Source of the DNA: a virus
Length of the DNA stretch: 64,000 nt
Direction: 5' to 3' (one strand)
Virus record (IMG/VR): IMGVR_UViG_3300031371_000001
Span: 36,652 to 100,651 of that record
The translations under genes and the position numbers were made by a program. The stretch's first letter is position 1. The number at the start of each line of letters is the position of its first letter. Shown here in pieces: positions 9,397 to 19,120 of this stretch. The notes below the pieces were generated by a model that saw nothing but the letters and a program-made list of their open reading frames with translations, was not told where the DNA came from and searched no databases.

Positions 9397-11571
9397 CTAG
9401 ATCACCGTGATCGAAATCGTCCCCGCCTTCGGCAATTCGCGCGCGCCTAGCACAACGTCCGCCGCCGGCGTCGTTATCGTTACATTCGTCACCCCGCTAA
9501 TCCCGAAGAATAGCGCGATCAAAGCCGACAGGTAAACGGTATCCCCGAATTCCCAACGATAGTTTGGAGGCGTTTCGTCGTCCAATGCTTCGGGATCAAG
9601 CCAACCGACGATCGCCGTTTCGATCGCCGTCTTGTTCCCCCCTTGAACCGTTGCCGTCACGTCGATCACCTTCGGAACGTAATTCGTCGCGTGAAGTTCG
9701 GAATTCAATTGAACGACTCCGCGCCGCGTCGGATCCCCCGTGACTCCGTTGAAGTGTTCTTCGATATCCGAAAGCACGCCCGGGGAAAGGGGCGCCCCTC
9801 CAGTTGCAACGCAAACGGCTTCGATCGTCTTCGGGCCTAAGCCTTCTTCGATAGCGAGGCAACGGGCGATCGGGCGCGCGCCGCTTGTCACGTCTTCCCA
9901 ATCTAGAACCAGGGCTTCGACATCTTGCGAAGTAACCGCCCGTTCTTGCGCCCTGAGTTGCGCCGGGTGGGTTCGCTTTGCCTTCGCGAGATCGGCGGCT
10001 GTCGAACCTTCGCGCGCCGCGTAGCCGCTAGCGGCTTGCGGGTTCGTGACGCTTTCAATCCATCCGACACCGGAGCGGTTGATCTTGATCATACCTGCCC
10101 CGACGTTTCCGTTTTGCCCTTCGACGAGCGTTCGATAGATAGCGGATATCGCGTCGGCGGCCGGGGGAATCTTTCCGTTCTCGCCGTCACCGAAGATCCC
10201 GGACGCTTCGCCGTCGTCCCCGAAGTCAACTTCGTAATGCTCCGAAAGTTGATCGCTCGAAAGTAGGTTTTCCTGGCGTTCCCACTCGACGGCGGCGACG
10301 TAATATTTCAACGTCGCGTCGTCGATCACCGGGTATCGTGAAGCCGTGAAAGACTGATCCGCCGTTCCGTCAGAAACTCCGAGCGGATCATCCTCTCGCG
10401 TGCGACCCTGATAGATCGTCGGAAGTTGATAAAGTCTATCCTCCTCGATCGAAACCGCGTTCAGAGTCGGGGAAGAAGGGGCGCCCCCGATCTCGACAAT
10501 TCGATACCGAAGCCAACAAGCTTCATAATCGCCAAGCACCGAATCCGAGACGATCCCTTTTTGCCAAAGGCGGCTTTGCGTCCAGGGCGGATCGAATTTG
10601 ATATGTTTCGTCCCCGTTGCGGAGAAGTCGAGGATCGTGTCCTCCGTGACTTCAAGTTCGTGCCAAAGCGTCCCGACCGTGTAATCGGAGGCGTCCGTCG
10701 AAGGGCTTGTCTGTCCAAGGAAACCCGTCGTCGTCGCGAGATTTTGTCCACCTGAAAACGTCGAGGTGACGTCTTCGTATGCTCCGGTTTGATTGTAGGT
10801 GATCCGGACTGTCAGACCTTCGCGAGTCGCGCCCGGATTCCCAAGCATCCCGTCGATCGCGAATTCAAGAGCCGTCCCAAGGTTCGTCACGCTATCGGGG
10901 ATGTCATCATACCAATTGTCGTCATAGAATTCCCAAACTCCGGTGATATCGGCCCCGATACTGTTGACAAGAATTTCGAGCATATCCCAAAAGAGATCGT
11001 CATGTCCGAAATAGATCGAATCCCCAACCGCCGGGGCGCCGGCCCACGGATTCCAGTTCGCCGGCGTGTTTACTTGTGTCGTGAAGTCGGTTGCGGACCC
11101 GGACTCGAAAGCCCAAACCTTCGACATCGTATCGGAGGGATCCGTCGTCACGTCTTCGAGGTTTTCGTATTCGATCGCTTCTTCGCTTGCCGTCGCTTCA
11201 GTTGCGAAGACGCTTCGCGCCGGGATCGTCGTCAATGCCGTCGAGAACTTCCGGGAGAACTTCACGAGGAGGGGCACCGTCGCCGGGGAAGCTTGCGCCA
11301 ACGAATCAGCGATCAAGTGGAGGTGTGCGTCAACGCTTGCCCGAAGTTCGGCTGTCGTGAAGAAGGTTTCCTTCGCCCAAAGATCGATGTCAACCGCGTT
11401 CAGGTGAGACGATAAAGAGAACGCCCGCATAAGCTGAATCGTCGGTTCGTGCGGGTCTTCATCGGAAAGTTCAGGAAGATAGATCCGCTTCCACCGGATC
11501 AGATCCTCCAGGATTTCGTAGTAATAAAACCCTGTGGTCTTGAAGTCGGGGAAAGTGATCGTCGTCGTCAT
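9397..11571 (-). CDS. Baseplate J-like wedge protein
   Basis: FGDGENGKIP, GNVGAG, RAVTSQDVE motifs. Confidence 0.9.
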   Translation of the reverse strand: MTTTITFPDFKTTGFYYYEILEDLIRWKRIYLPELSDEDPHEPTIQLMRAFSLSSHLNAVDIDLWAKETFFTTAELRASVDAHLHLIADSLAQASPATVPLLVKFSRKFSTALTTIPARSVFATEATASEEAIEYENLEDVTTDPSDTMSKVWAFESGSATDFTTQVNTPANWNPWAGAPAVGDSIYFGHDDLFWDMLEILVNSIGADITGVWEFYDDNWYDDIPDSVTNLGTALEFAIDGMLGNPGATREGLTVRITYNQTGAYEDVTSTFSGGQNLATTTGFLGQTSPSTDASDYTVGTLWHELEVTEDTILDFSATGTKHIKFDPPWTQSRLWQKGIVSDSVLGDYEACWLRYRIVEIGGAPSSPTLNAVSIEEDRLYQLPTIYQGRTREDDPLGVSDGTADQSFTASRYPVIDDATLKYYVAAVEWERQENLLSSDQLSEHYEVDFGDDGEASGIFGDGENGKIPPAADAISAIYRTLVEGQNGNVGAGMIKINRSGVGWIESVTNPQAASGYAAREGSTAADLAKAKRTHPAQLRAQERAVTSQDVEALVLDWEDVTSGARPIARCLAIEEGLGPKTIEAVCVATGGAPLSPGVLSDIEEHFNGVTGDPTRRGVVQLNSELHATNYVPKVIDVTATVQGGNKTAIETAIVGWLDPEALDDETPPNYRWEFGDTVYLSALIALFFGISGVTNVTITTPAADVVLGARELPKAGTISITVI

Positions 11572-11573
11572 AT

Positions 11574-11945
11574 CTAAGCCCCTCCCCCGCTTGGGGTGTA
11601 TTGTAAGTTTTCGCTTCGATCGGTCAGCATATCGAGATATTGAATATCGACTATAATTTCTTCATTCTTCGACGTGAAGGTGTACTGCGAAAGCTTCGCG
11701 CGGTTTTCGTCTTCGAGGCGATTGAAGACTTTCTTGATCCTTCTGGCAAGCCTCGATTGTGTCGACACGTCGTTGATATCGAAAACCGGATAGTCGATCC
11801 CCACGTCGTCGTTGAACGGGTTTTCAGAAGGACAGAAGTTCAAGGCAAGCATTATGATCTTCTTCGTCTGATCCGAATCGATCTCCGTCGCAAGTCCCCC
11901 GTTCTTGTTCGCTTGCAACGGTGCCTTCAGTCCCTTGTATTCCAT
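11574..11945 (-). CDS. gp25/gpW-like baseplate protein (sheath initiator)
   Basis: 123 aa, PSENPFNDDVG motif, between spike and gpJ. Confidence 0.8.
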   Translation of the reverse strand: MEYKGLKAPLQANKNGGLATEIDSDQTKKIIMLALNFCPSENPFNDDVGIDYPVFDINDVSTQSRLARRIKKVFNRLEDENRAKLSQYTFTSKNEEIIVDIQYLDMLTDRSENLQYTPSGGGA

Positions 11946-11949
11946 TCGC

Positions 11950-12681
11950 CTATTCTACCTTTTGATTCGTTGAATTCAAATCGGTTGGGACAGACGGAGG
12001 AGGCGCCGAAGGAGGCGAAGGTGCGCCCGGTGCCGCTGTCGGGTGCATATGCGCCAACTTCCAAGCGTAATCTTGATTTAGATACGTCAAAAGCTTGTCG
12101 CCTCGAACGATGAAATAGGTTGCGGCCGCTCCAAGCTTCGAGTCGCCGTCCAAGGTTATATTCGTCCCGTCGAGGGTCAGCTTGTCGCCTCCCTTGTGTT
12201 CAAGTTCGATCTTGTCCCCGTCAAGAGTCGCCTTGTTGCCGTCCTTCTGTTCGAGAGTGATCACGGCTTCCGTCACGTCGATCCGGCTTCCGTCCTTGAA
12301 GACGACAGCAAGATCCCCGGTCGACTTGTTGATCGTGATATAGCTTCCATCCGGCGCCCAAACCGCCATGACGTCCGGATATCCGTCAAGGATTTCATCC
12401 GGGATCACGTCTTCGTCAACGAATGCCGGTTGCCAACGGATCGACCTTTCGTTGATCCTGGCGGCATCTTGGTTATCCGCCTTCCCTGCGATGATCAGAA
12501 GTTCGACACGATCGCCTATCGCCGGGACGTCCCAAAGGCGGGCGGCGGAAGCCGGCCGGATCCAGAATGGAAGCTCTGCGTCTTCACGAACGATAGCAGG
12601 ACAACGGACCTTAACTCGACGTTGCTTATCCGGATCGCCGTTGTCCGTGACTTCTCCGAACACCTTTTCAAACAAAGCCAT
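11950..12681 (-). CDS. Baseplate central spike (gpV/gp5-like)
   Basis: GEVTDNGDPDKQRRVKV OB-fold, VPAIGDRV, beta repeats, C-terminal HMH metal tip; start placed after AGGAGG SD. Confidence 0.88.
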   Translation of the reverse strand: MALFEKVFGEVTDNGDPDKQRRVKVRCPAIVREDAELPFWIRPASAARLWDVPAIGDRVELLIIAGKADNQDAARINERSIRWQPAFVDEDVIPDEILDGYPDVMAVWAPDGSYITINKSTGDLAVVFKDGSRIDVTEAVITLEQKDGNKATLDGDKIELEHKGGDKLTLDGTNITLDGDSKLGAAATYFIVRGDKLLTYLNQDYAWKLAHMHPTAAPGAPSPPSAPPPSVPTDLNSTNQKVE

Positions 12682-12692
12682 TCGTCCACCTC

Positions 12693-13871
12693 CTACGGAA
12701 CCGCATCGGTCGGAATCATTTCCTTGTTTGCGACGAAGCGGCATTTGTAACCGCCGCCGGCGAATTCGTGCTTTACCGAAGTGAAGTAATACCCTCCGGA
12801 AAACCTGTTTCCCAATCCGTCAAGCTTGTGAACCTGTCGGGGCTTCAAGCTTTCAAGTCCAATCACCGATCCGCGTCCGACAAGGAAGCCGTCCTTGCGC
12901 GCGCGGAACCATGCTTCAGCGAACGTCGTTGCTTCTTCCGCCGTGTGCAAGATGCGATCGGGAACAACGTCTATCGAGTGACCGGCCGCCACGATCCGAA
13001 TCGAGGCGGCGTTATCGAGTTCTTCTGTCACGTCGTCACCGCTACCTTGAAAAAGCCGCGGGTCCGCAACGTCGCCGCCCTTCTCGACAAGATCGACCGA
13101 ACGCCATTCCTTATCGTTCAAGTCGTAATACATAACTTTCAGTTCGGTTATGTCCTGTCGCATCCCGTATTGCGGCTCGAAGTTCAACAAGGTCCCGACA
13201 TCAGATCGATAGGTGAATGTGTAAACCTTCGATTGATTCCGTGAAGGACGCTTCCAGTGAAGGGTCCACGCCTTCATGTCCTTGTCCCAATCGATCCAGA
13301 AATCTCGATCGTTCAGGTTCGCAAGCCCTTTGATGAATTTGAAATCAGAAGTCCCCTTCTTCTGAACAAGCGTTTCTTTCTTCGTCGTCGCGTCGATCTC
13401 GACTTCTAGTCCCCACTTACCGGCGATTTCTTCGACCATTGACGAATGGGACATATCAACGAACGATCGCCCTTCTTCGTCCGTCGCAAGCCCTAGTTTC
13501 TTGTGCGCGGTCTGCGAAGCTTTGATCTCCGATTCTTCGTCCATTAGCTTGAAGCTGTAATCGTAAGCGCGAATCGTCATAACCGGAGTTCCAGATTGCG
13601 GGAACTTCGGGAGGTGCTTCGCAACGATCGTCCTCCCCATGAATTCAAGTTCGGTTCCGTATCCGGCGTAAAGATCGATCGCGTTCCCCGGTTGAAGCGC
13701 CCGATGATCTGTAAGCCGCAAGTTCTCGTTCGTAAGATCAAGTTGCAATGCGTCCATAAGCCCGATCGTCTGTTCGAACGTGAGCTTTTGAACGTGTGCC
13801 GGGAAGTCTATCGGGGCGCCTTCAATGTAAAGCTGGAAGTTCGGCGCAAGGTCTTTGTACCCATTCGTCAT
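12693..13871 (-). CDS. Baseplate hub (gpD/late control D-like)
   Basis: QKKGTSDFKFIKGLA, GLGNRFSGGYYFTSVKHEF motifs. Confidence 0.88.
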   Translation of the reverse strand: MTNGYKDLAPNFQLYIEGAPIDFPAHVQKLTFEQTIGLMDALQLDLTNENLRLTDHRALQPGNAIDLYAGYGTELEFMGRTIVAKHLPKFPQSGTPVMTIRAYDYSFKLMDEESEIKASQTAHKKLGLATDEEGRSFVDMSHSSMVEEIAGKWGLEVEIDATTKKETLVQKKGTSDFKFIKGLANLNDRDFWIDWDKDMKAWTLHWKRPSRNQSKVYTFTYRSDVGTLLNFEPQYGMRQDITELKVMYYDLNDKEWRSVDLVEKGGDVADPRLFQGSGDDVTEELDNAASIRIVAAGHSIDVVPDRILHTAEEATTFAEAWFRARKDGFLVGRGSVIGLESLKPRQVHKLDGLGNRFSGGYYFTSVKHEFAGGGYKCRFVANKEMIPTDAVP

Positions 13872-14620
13872 TATAGGATATGCGAGACGTAGGTATAATT
13901 TCGCGCGTCGAACATCGCCTTCCGATAATCAATCCGTTCCGCCGTTCTCTCGAACGGGATCGACTGCGGCGTGACTTGTTCAGTTCGCAAAACCCACGCT
14001 TCCGGGATCTCGACTTTATCACCCGGGGAAAGGTTGACGAATTGAGGATTGCGCCTCCTGATCAGATCGCCCCACGAAGGTTGCTCGAAATAATAGGCGG
14101 CGATCGATTCGAAAGTGTCGCCGTCCTTCGCGAAATGAATGAAGCTTTCACCGTTCGTCAGTTCTTCAACGGCGACTTCGTATTCTTCATATCGAACAAG
14201 TTGAATCTGAAGGACGCAACCCCGGATCGTTCCGTCGATCTTGATATCGTCGTATCGAATGCCACCGATCGAAGGGCAAACGCATTGCATCGAAATTTCC
14301 CTTCCCCACGTAAAGAGGAGGGGAGGCGGCGAACGACGATCGGGATCCTTCCTTGTAAACGACTTCAGAGTTTCGAGCTTCGACGTGATCGATTCAGCGA
14401 TCGACGCGGCGTAAAGCCGCGCCGTGAAAGCGATAGTGTCAAGCTTCCCGTTCGTCCATTGCGTGACAGGGTATTCGGCGCCGAAACCGGACGTGAAGGC
14501 GAACTCCGTTGCGATCCCTTCTTCAAGTTCGGTCGGTATGAATTGTCCTTCGACATATTGAGTCGGATCGTCAAGGACTTCGAGCTTCCAAGGTTGCTTG
14601 AACATGGATGCAAGACTCAT
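13871..14620 (-). CDS. Tail tube initiator with LysM domain (gpU/gpX-like)
   Basis: PPPLLFTWG; C-terminal KDGDTFESIAAYYF...IRRRNP...PGDKVEIP LysM. Confidence 0.85.
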   Translation of the reverse strand: MSLASMFKQPWKLEVLDDPTQYVEGQFIPTELEEGIATEFAFTSGFGAEYPVTQWTNGKLDTIAFTARLYAASIAESITSKLETLKSFTRKDPDRRSPPPLLFTWGREISMQCVCPSIGGIRYDDIKIDGTIRGCVLQIQLVRYEEYEVAVEELTNGESFIHFAKDGDTFESIAAYYFEQPSWGDLIRRRNPQFVNLSPGDKVEIPEAWVLRTEQVTPQSIPFERTAERIDYRKAMFDARNYTYVSHIL

Positions 14621-17574
14621 GTTGGAACGCCTCCAGTTGCCGGGATCGCTCCGACTTCGAGGATCTTTCGCTGTTGCCAGGGCGTCGTTTCGCCGCCGGA
14701 ACGTTCGGAAATCTCGGCTTGATGCTTCGCTGAAGCAACAGACATTTCTGAACCGTCAACGCTAAGATCAGACTTCACATCAACGCCAACCTTGTTATCG
14801 ACCGTCACGCAAGGTTGTTGCGCCCCGACTGTTTGCCCTTGCTGTTGTGCCTTTGCCTTCATTGCCTTCGTTGCCGGGGATTTCTCCGCTGCTTCGATGG
14901 AACCTTCTTCAACGGCTTTCGCCAACGGTTCGCCCTTGATCGCTTTGATCCCGGTCGTCGCAACCGTCGTTTGAAATTTCTTCACTGCTTCAAGAGAAAC
15001 GCCAGCAAGCTGAAGCGCCGCCTTCCCGATCTCCGTCCCTGCGATCTTCTTTATGATCCCTGCGATGAAATCGAGGACGGTTTGAAATGGGGCGGCAAGG
15101 ATCGTCGTGAGCTTTCCGAAGATCGAAGCCGCGACGTTTCGAATCGACGTCAACGCACTAACGAAGGCGTCTCGTATCTTGGAGGCGATTCCCTTAATCC
15201 AATTCCAAGCCGGCAAGATCACCTTGTCAGTGATCCAACTCCAAGCCTTCTTTGCAACGTTGGCGACCCATTGCCAAACACCGGCGATGAACTCCCCGGC
15301 TTTCTTTACGACAGGCATTATCACTTCAGCGATAGCGCCCCAAATCGTCGTCGCCATATCCCAATAGGCTTTTGCAATGATCTTTGCAGCTTCCCAAAGG
15401 TTCGCAAGATACGCGATCACGTTCTTGACTCCATTGACGACAAGATCCCAAACCGGGGCGAACTTATCACCGATCCAACCTGCGACCTTCACGACAAGCC
15501 CGAAAATCCAAGCGACACCTTCGATCACTTTTCCGAGCAACGGGAGGAGGACTTTGTAAGTCAAGATGAAGCCGCCGATCACCGGGGCGAAGTTGACAAG
15601 CAAGATCGGCTTCAAGATCGTCCAGATACCTTTCAATGCAGGAAGAAGCGAAGTTGCAACCGTGCTTCCGGCCTTGATCAACGAAGTCAAGAACGATTCC
15701 ATTGAGGGGCCGAAGAACTTATAGAACGACGAAGCGAACCCTGCGATTGTTTTCCCGATCGCCTTCCAGTCGGTTTCAAGAACGCCAGAAGATTTCACGA
15801 TGTCTTGGATCTTCTTTTGCGCCCCTGCTACTTCCTTCCTCAAATTCGACAGCATATCAACAGCGACCTTGAAGGCCGGTTGTATTCCTTCCTTGTATCC
15901 TTGCGCGAATTGCTTGATCGCATTCCAAGCATAGGAAACGCCAGCCTTGACGTTATCGAAGATCCTTTTGAAAGTGTCCATGACGCTTTCGCCGTCCTTC
16001 TGGATCAATACGAAAGCTCCAACGACAGCGGCGACAAGGCCGGCGATCGCAAGGCCGCCAAAACTGAAGACGGCACCGAAAATGGTTCCCAACCCCGTAA
16101 CGATGGATGCAAGCCCGGAGAATGCGATCCCCAAGGTGAAAGCGATAGCACCTATCGGAGCAAGGGCCGCAAGGATTGCAACAATGATCGTCCCAACCTT
16201 CGCAATTTGTGTGATCATGTCGCCGCCAAAGGCGAACCCGAATTGCTCGCCTATCTTGCGAACCCAATTGATCGAAGTTTTGATCGCATTCGATATGAAG
16301 TCGATACCTTGCTTCAACCCCTTCGCCACACGACCAGCGGTTGTCGTCGCAAGTTCATACTTCACCATTTCCCCGTTGACGTCCTTGACTCGTTCCTTCT
16401 CGCCTTGAAGGGTCAACACGAGATCGGCAATGAAAGCCGTTAGACCCTGGACCCCTTCCTTCAACGCAGTCTGTTTCGTAATATACCCGCCAACCTCGAT
16501 CGACAGACCTTCCCATGCCGATTTCAAAATTGTGACAGCGCCGGCGATGTTATCGAGTCGGGTTCGTGCCATTTTTTCAGCGGCTCCGACACCTTCGCTT
16601 GATTGTTCGAGCATCTTTGTCAGATCGGAAATCGCCTCCGGACCCGCCGCGGCAAGTGCACTAAACGCTTTCTGTCCACGAATACCGAAAAGTTCAGTCA
16701 TGGCGGCGGCGCGTTGAACAGCGCCGGGGATTGCATCTATATTCGTCTTGAATTGTCCGACGATTTCGGACAGCGGTTTGATTGACCCGTCCGCGTTTTC
16801 AAGTTCAATGCCCCATTGTTTCATATAAGCTGTCGCCTTCGCAGAAGGACGGCCCAACTTGACAAGCATATTCGTGAATGAAGTTCCGGCCAAAGTTCCT
16901 TTGATACCAGAGTCGGAAATCTTTCCGAGTGCCGCAACTGTTTCTTCAAGACTGAATCCAAGTGTCCTAGCTTGCGGAGCTGCGAATTTCATCCCTTCGC
17001 CAAGAGAAACCATGTTTGTATTCGCTGAAGCGGACGCTAGAGCTAGAACGTCAGAGACGTGGGCGGCATCCGTTGCTTGGAGGCCCATTCCACGAATCGA
17101 GTTCGCGACAATATCCGCGGCTGTCGCAAGCTCCATCCCTTCTGCCGCCGCGGCTGAAAGAATCGCGGGGGTTGCCGAAAGAACTTCGTTAACACTGAAG
17201 CCGGCGCGCGACAAGAGTTCTTGTGCTTCACCTGCTTGAACAGCCGTGAAAGCCGTTGTCGCTCCAAGCTTCTTTGCTTGCGAAGTCAAAAGCTTCATGT
17301 CTTCGGCGCTTGCCCTGGACACGGCTTGCACTCCGGACATTTGCTGTTCGAAATCAACGAACTTCTTCGTCATGCTTCCGACGACAAGACCGGCGCCCGC
17401 TCCGACGATCGATAGCTGGCCTAGACCCATCCCCATTTGACGAACGCCGGCGCCCATTCTCTTTGCCGACGTTCCTAGGGATTTGAAAGCCGCCTTCGCC
17501 CGATTCATCCCACCGATCGCGCGCGTCGGATCAAATGAGAGGATCCCGCCAAGCCCTATCTTTTCGAGCGCCAT
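14617..17574 (-). CDS. Tape measure protein (TP901 family)
   Basis: FEQQMSGVQAVS, LGATTAFTA, GIKGTLAGT core, Trp-spaced helical repeats. Confidence 0.95.
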   Translation of the reverse strand: MALEKIGLGGILSFDPTRAIGGMNRAKAAFKSLGTSAKRMGAGVRQMGMGLGQLSIVGAGAGLVVGSMTKKFVDFEQQMSGVQAVSRASAEDMKLLTSQAKKLGATTAFTAVQAGEAQELLSRAGFSVNEVLSATPAILSAAAAEGMELATAADIVANSIRGMGLQATDAAHVSDVLALASASANTNMVSLGEGMKFAAPQARTLGFSLEETVAALGKISDSGIKGTLAGTSFTNMLVKLGRPSAKATAYMKQWGIELENADGSIKPLSEIVGQFKTNIDAIPGAVQRAAAMTELFGIRGQKAFSALAAAGPEAISDLTKMLEQSSEGVGAAEKMARTRLDNIAGAVTILKSAWEGLSIEVGGYITKQTALKEGVQGLTAFIADLVLTLQGEKERVKDVNGEMVKYELATTTAGRVAKGLKQGIDFISNAIKTSINWVRKIGEQFGFAFGGDMITQIAKVGTIIVAILAALAPIGAIAFTLGIAFSGLASIVTGLGTIFGAVFSFGGLAIAGLVAAVVGAFVLIQKDGESVMDTFKRIFDNVKAGVSYAWNAIKQFAQGYKEGIQPAFKVAVDMLSNLRKEVAGAQKKIQDIVKSSGVLETDWKAIGKTIAGFASSFYKFFGPSMESFLTSLIKAGSTVATSLLPALKGIWTILKPILLVNFAPVIGGFILTYKVLLPLLGKVIEGVAWIFGLVVKVAGWIGDKFAPVWDLVVNGVKNVIAYLANLWEAAKIIAKAYWDMATTIWGAIAEVIMPVVKKAGEFIAGVWQWVANVAKKAWSWITDKVILPAWNWIKGIASKIRDAFVSALTSIRNVAASIFGKLTTILAAPFQTVLDFIAGIIKKIAGTEIGKAALQLAGVSLEAVKKFQTTVATTGIKAIKGEPLAKAVEEGSIEAAEKSPATKAMKAKAQQQGQTVGAQQPCVTVDNKVGVDVKSDLSVDGSEMSVASAKHQAEISERSGGETTPWQQRKILEVGAIPATGGVPT

Positions 17575-17792
17575 TAGCGCCTCCCTTTCGGGCGCCGCCC
17601 CCTTCCGGCCGCTTTCTTGATTTCCTTTTCTTCGTCCTTCAGTTGTTTCGCGTACCTTTCAAGATACCACGAAATTTCCTCCGGCGTCTTCCGTTCGGCT
17701 TCGCTTGGTTGCATCTTGCATCCGTACAAAAGCGCGAATTCTATTTCTAGGACTTCCTCCCATCGCCGGATCTGGAGGAAGTCGCGAAAAAA
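17574..17792 (-). CDS. -1 frameshift extension of the tail assembly chaperone (gpGT-type)
   Basis: Slippery T TTT TTC at 17786-17792; the -1 frame reads FFRDFLQIRRWEEVLEIEFALLYG...KGRR* and its TAA overlaps the tape measure ATG. Confidence 0.8.
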   Translation of the reverse strand, partial: FFRDFLQIRRWEEVLEIEFALLYGCKMQPSEAERKTPEEISWYLERYAKQLKDEEKEIKKAAGRGRRPKGRR

Positions 17793-18586
17793 GCGTCATA
17801 GTTCCAATCTAACATTTGGCTAAACGAAGAACGGCAACGCTTACAGCGCGTATCGATCACCATTTCCAGACCCGGCGCCTTTTCGTTGATGAACTCCGAA
17901 AGATCATCAACGTCCAGCTTCGAAAGATCGTCCAGGAATCCAGTTGCAAGAACCGCCTTCGTCGTCGCTTCGTCAAGCTCCCCAAGAGTCTTGATCGCGC
18001 CCTTCAAGATCCCTTCGAGGATCAAGGCGTCGTTCGAGAATTCCTCCGGGGTGATCATTTCGATTTCACTCCACCGGGGCGGCTGAAGAACGGCCTTCGA
18101 GATCGAAGAATCCGTTTCCCCGACCTTCGCCGTATAGGTTTCGGTGAAGTCGAACTCAGTTTCAAGATCGGCAGGATCATCGATCACGCGAACCATTGTC
18201 GTTTCGAGATCGACGATATCGCGAAAGCGATTCTGACAGAAAGGACAAGTGATCATCGGTTTGAAGATCCGCCCCTTCGCCTTGATCCGGATCGCGAAAT
18301 AGAGCGCCATTGCGTCAGCCATCCAAAGACGATTGACGAACAACGTTCGTTCGTGCGGTTTCATTTCATCGAAGGTCTTTCCTCCGATGTGTTCAACGAA
18401 ACGCGAAATCACCTCCGAGGCGAAGCGCCCCGCCGTGATCGAATCTTCACGTCGCTTCGCAAGTTTCTTGTCGTCCTTGAAGGTGTAACGCTTGATCGCG
18501 TATTCCTTGACGAAGCCGCTTCCAGTCGGATCGAGGATCCCGACAGGAAGATTGAAACCTAGTTCCTTGAAAGACTGTTTCTTCAT
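17747..18586 (-). CDS. Tail assembly chaperone with two CxxC motifs
   Basis: Between tube and tape measure; CPFC and CKRC; GGAGG SD before MKKQ. Confidence 0.8.
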   Translation of the reverse strand: MKKQSFKELGFNLPVGILDPTGSGFVKEYAIKRYTFKDDKKLAKRREDSITAGRFASEVISRFVEHIGGKTFDEMKPHERTLFVNRLWMADAMALYFAIRIKAKGRIFKPMITCPFCQNRFRDIVDLETTMVRVIDDPADLETEFDFTETYTAKVGETDSSISKAVLQPPRWSEIEMITPEEFSNDALILEGILKGAIKTLGELDEATTKAVLATGFLDDLSKLDVDDLSEFINEKAPGLEMVIDTRCKRCRSSFSQMLDWNYDAFFATSSRSGDGRKS

Positions 18587-18646
18587 GCGTCCCTCCAAAC
18601 GCCCATTCCGGGCTTGTGAAGAACCTTAAAGGTTGGAGCCGCCTCC

Positions 18647-19087
18647 CTACGTGGGGAGGAGGCGATCGATCGAAAGCGTATAGGTGTAATTCAGCATTTC
18701 ACCTTCGTTGTTGCGATCGAGGTCGGCCGTCATTCGCTTCGTGATGAAGACTCCGAGCATTGTGAAGGTCCGGGGAACCTGTCCGGTGACGTTCGACTCT
18801 TGAAGAAGGGTTGCAACCTTCTTATAAGTTGGCGTCACGGGATCCTGGCATTCCGCGTACCATGCCTCCATTGCGGCGATCTCGACATGATGGTGTGCGG
18901 GGATCGCAACGTCGGTTTCAACGGATCGGGTTTCCCCTCCGCTTGCCTTCGTTCGATCCGGCAGTTCAACAACGTCGAGTTCCTCCTCCAGCGCGCCGAT
19001 CGTGATCGGTGTCAGCGGCGGAAGGCCGGCGACAAGCAATTGGAACTTGTTGACGGGGATATGGGCTTCCTGGATATCACCTTTCAC
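18647..19087 (-). CDS. Tail tube protein
   Basis: 146 aa directly after the sheath; T4 gp19-like pattern. Confidence 0.85.
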   Translation of the reverse strand: MKGDIQEAHIPVNKFQLLVAGLPPLTPITIGALEEELDVVELPDRTKASGGETRSVETDVAIPAHHHVEIAAMEAWYAECQDPVTPTYKKVATLLQESNVTGQVPRTFTMLGVFITKRMTADLDRNNEGEMLNYTYTLSIDRLLPT

Positions 19088-19120
19088 GGCTTCCTCCTAT
19101 CGGGTTTCTTGCCCGTCCGA

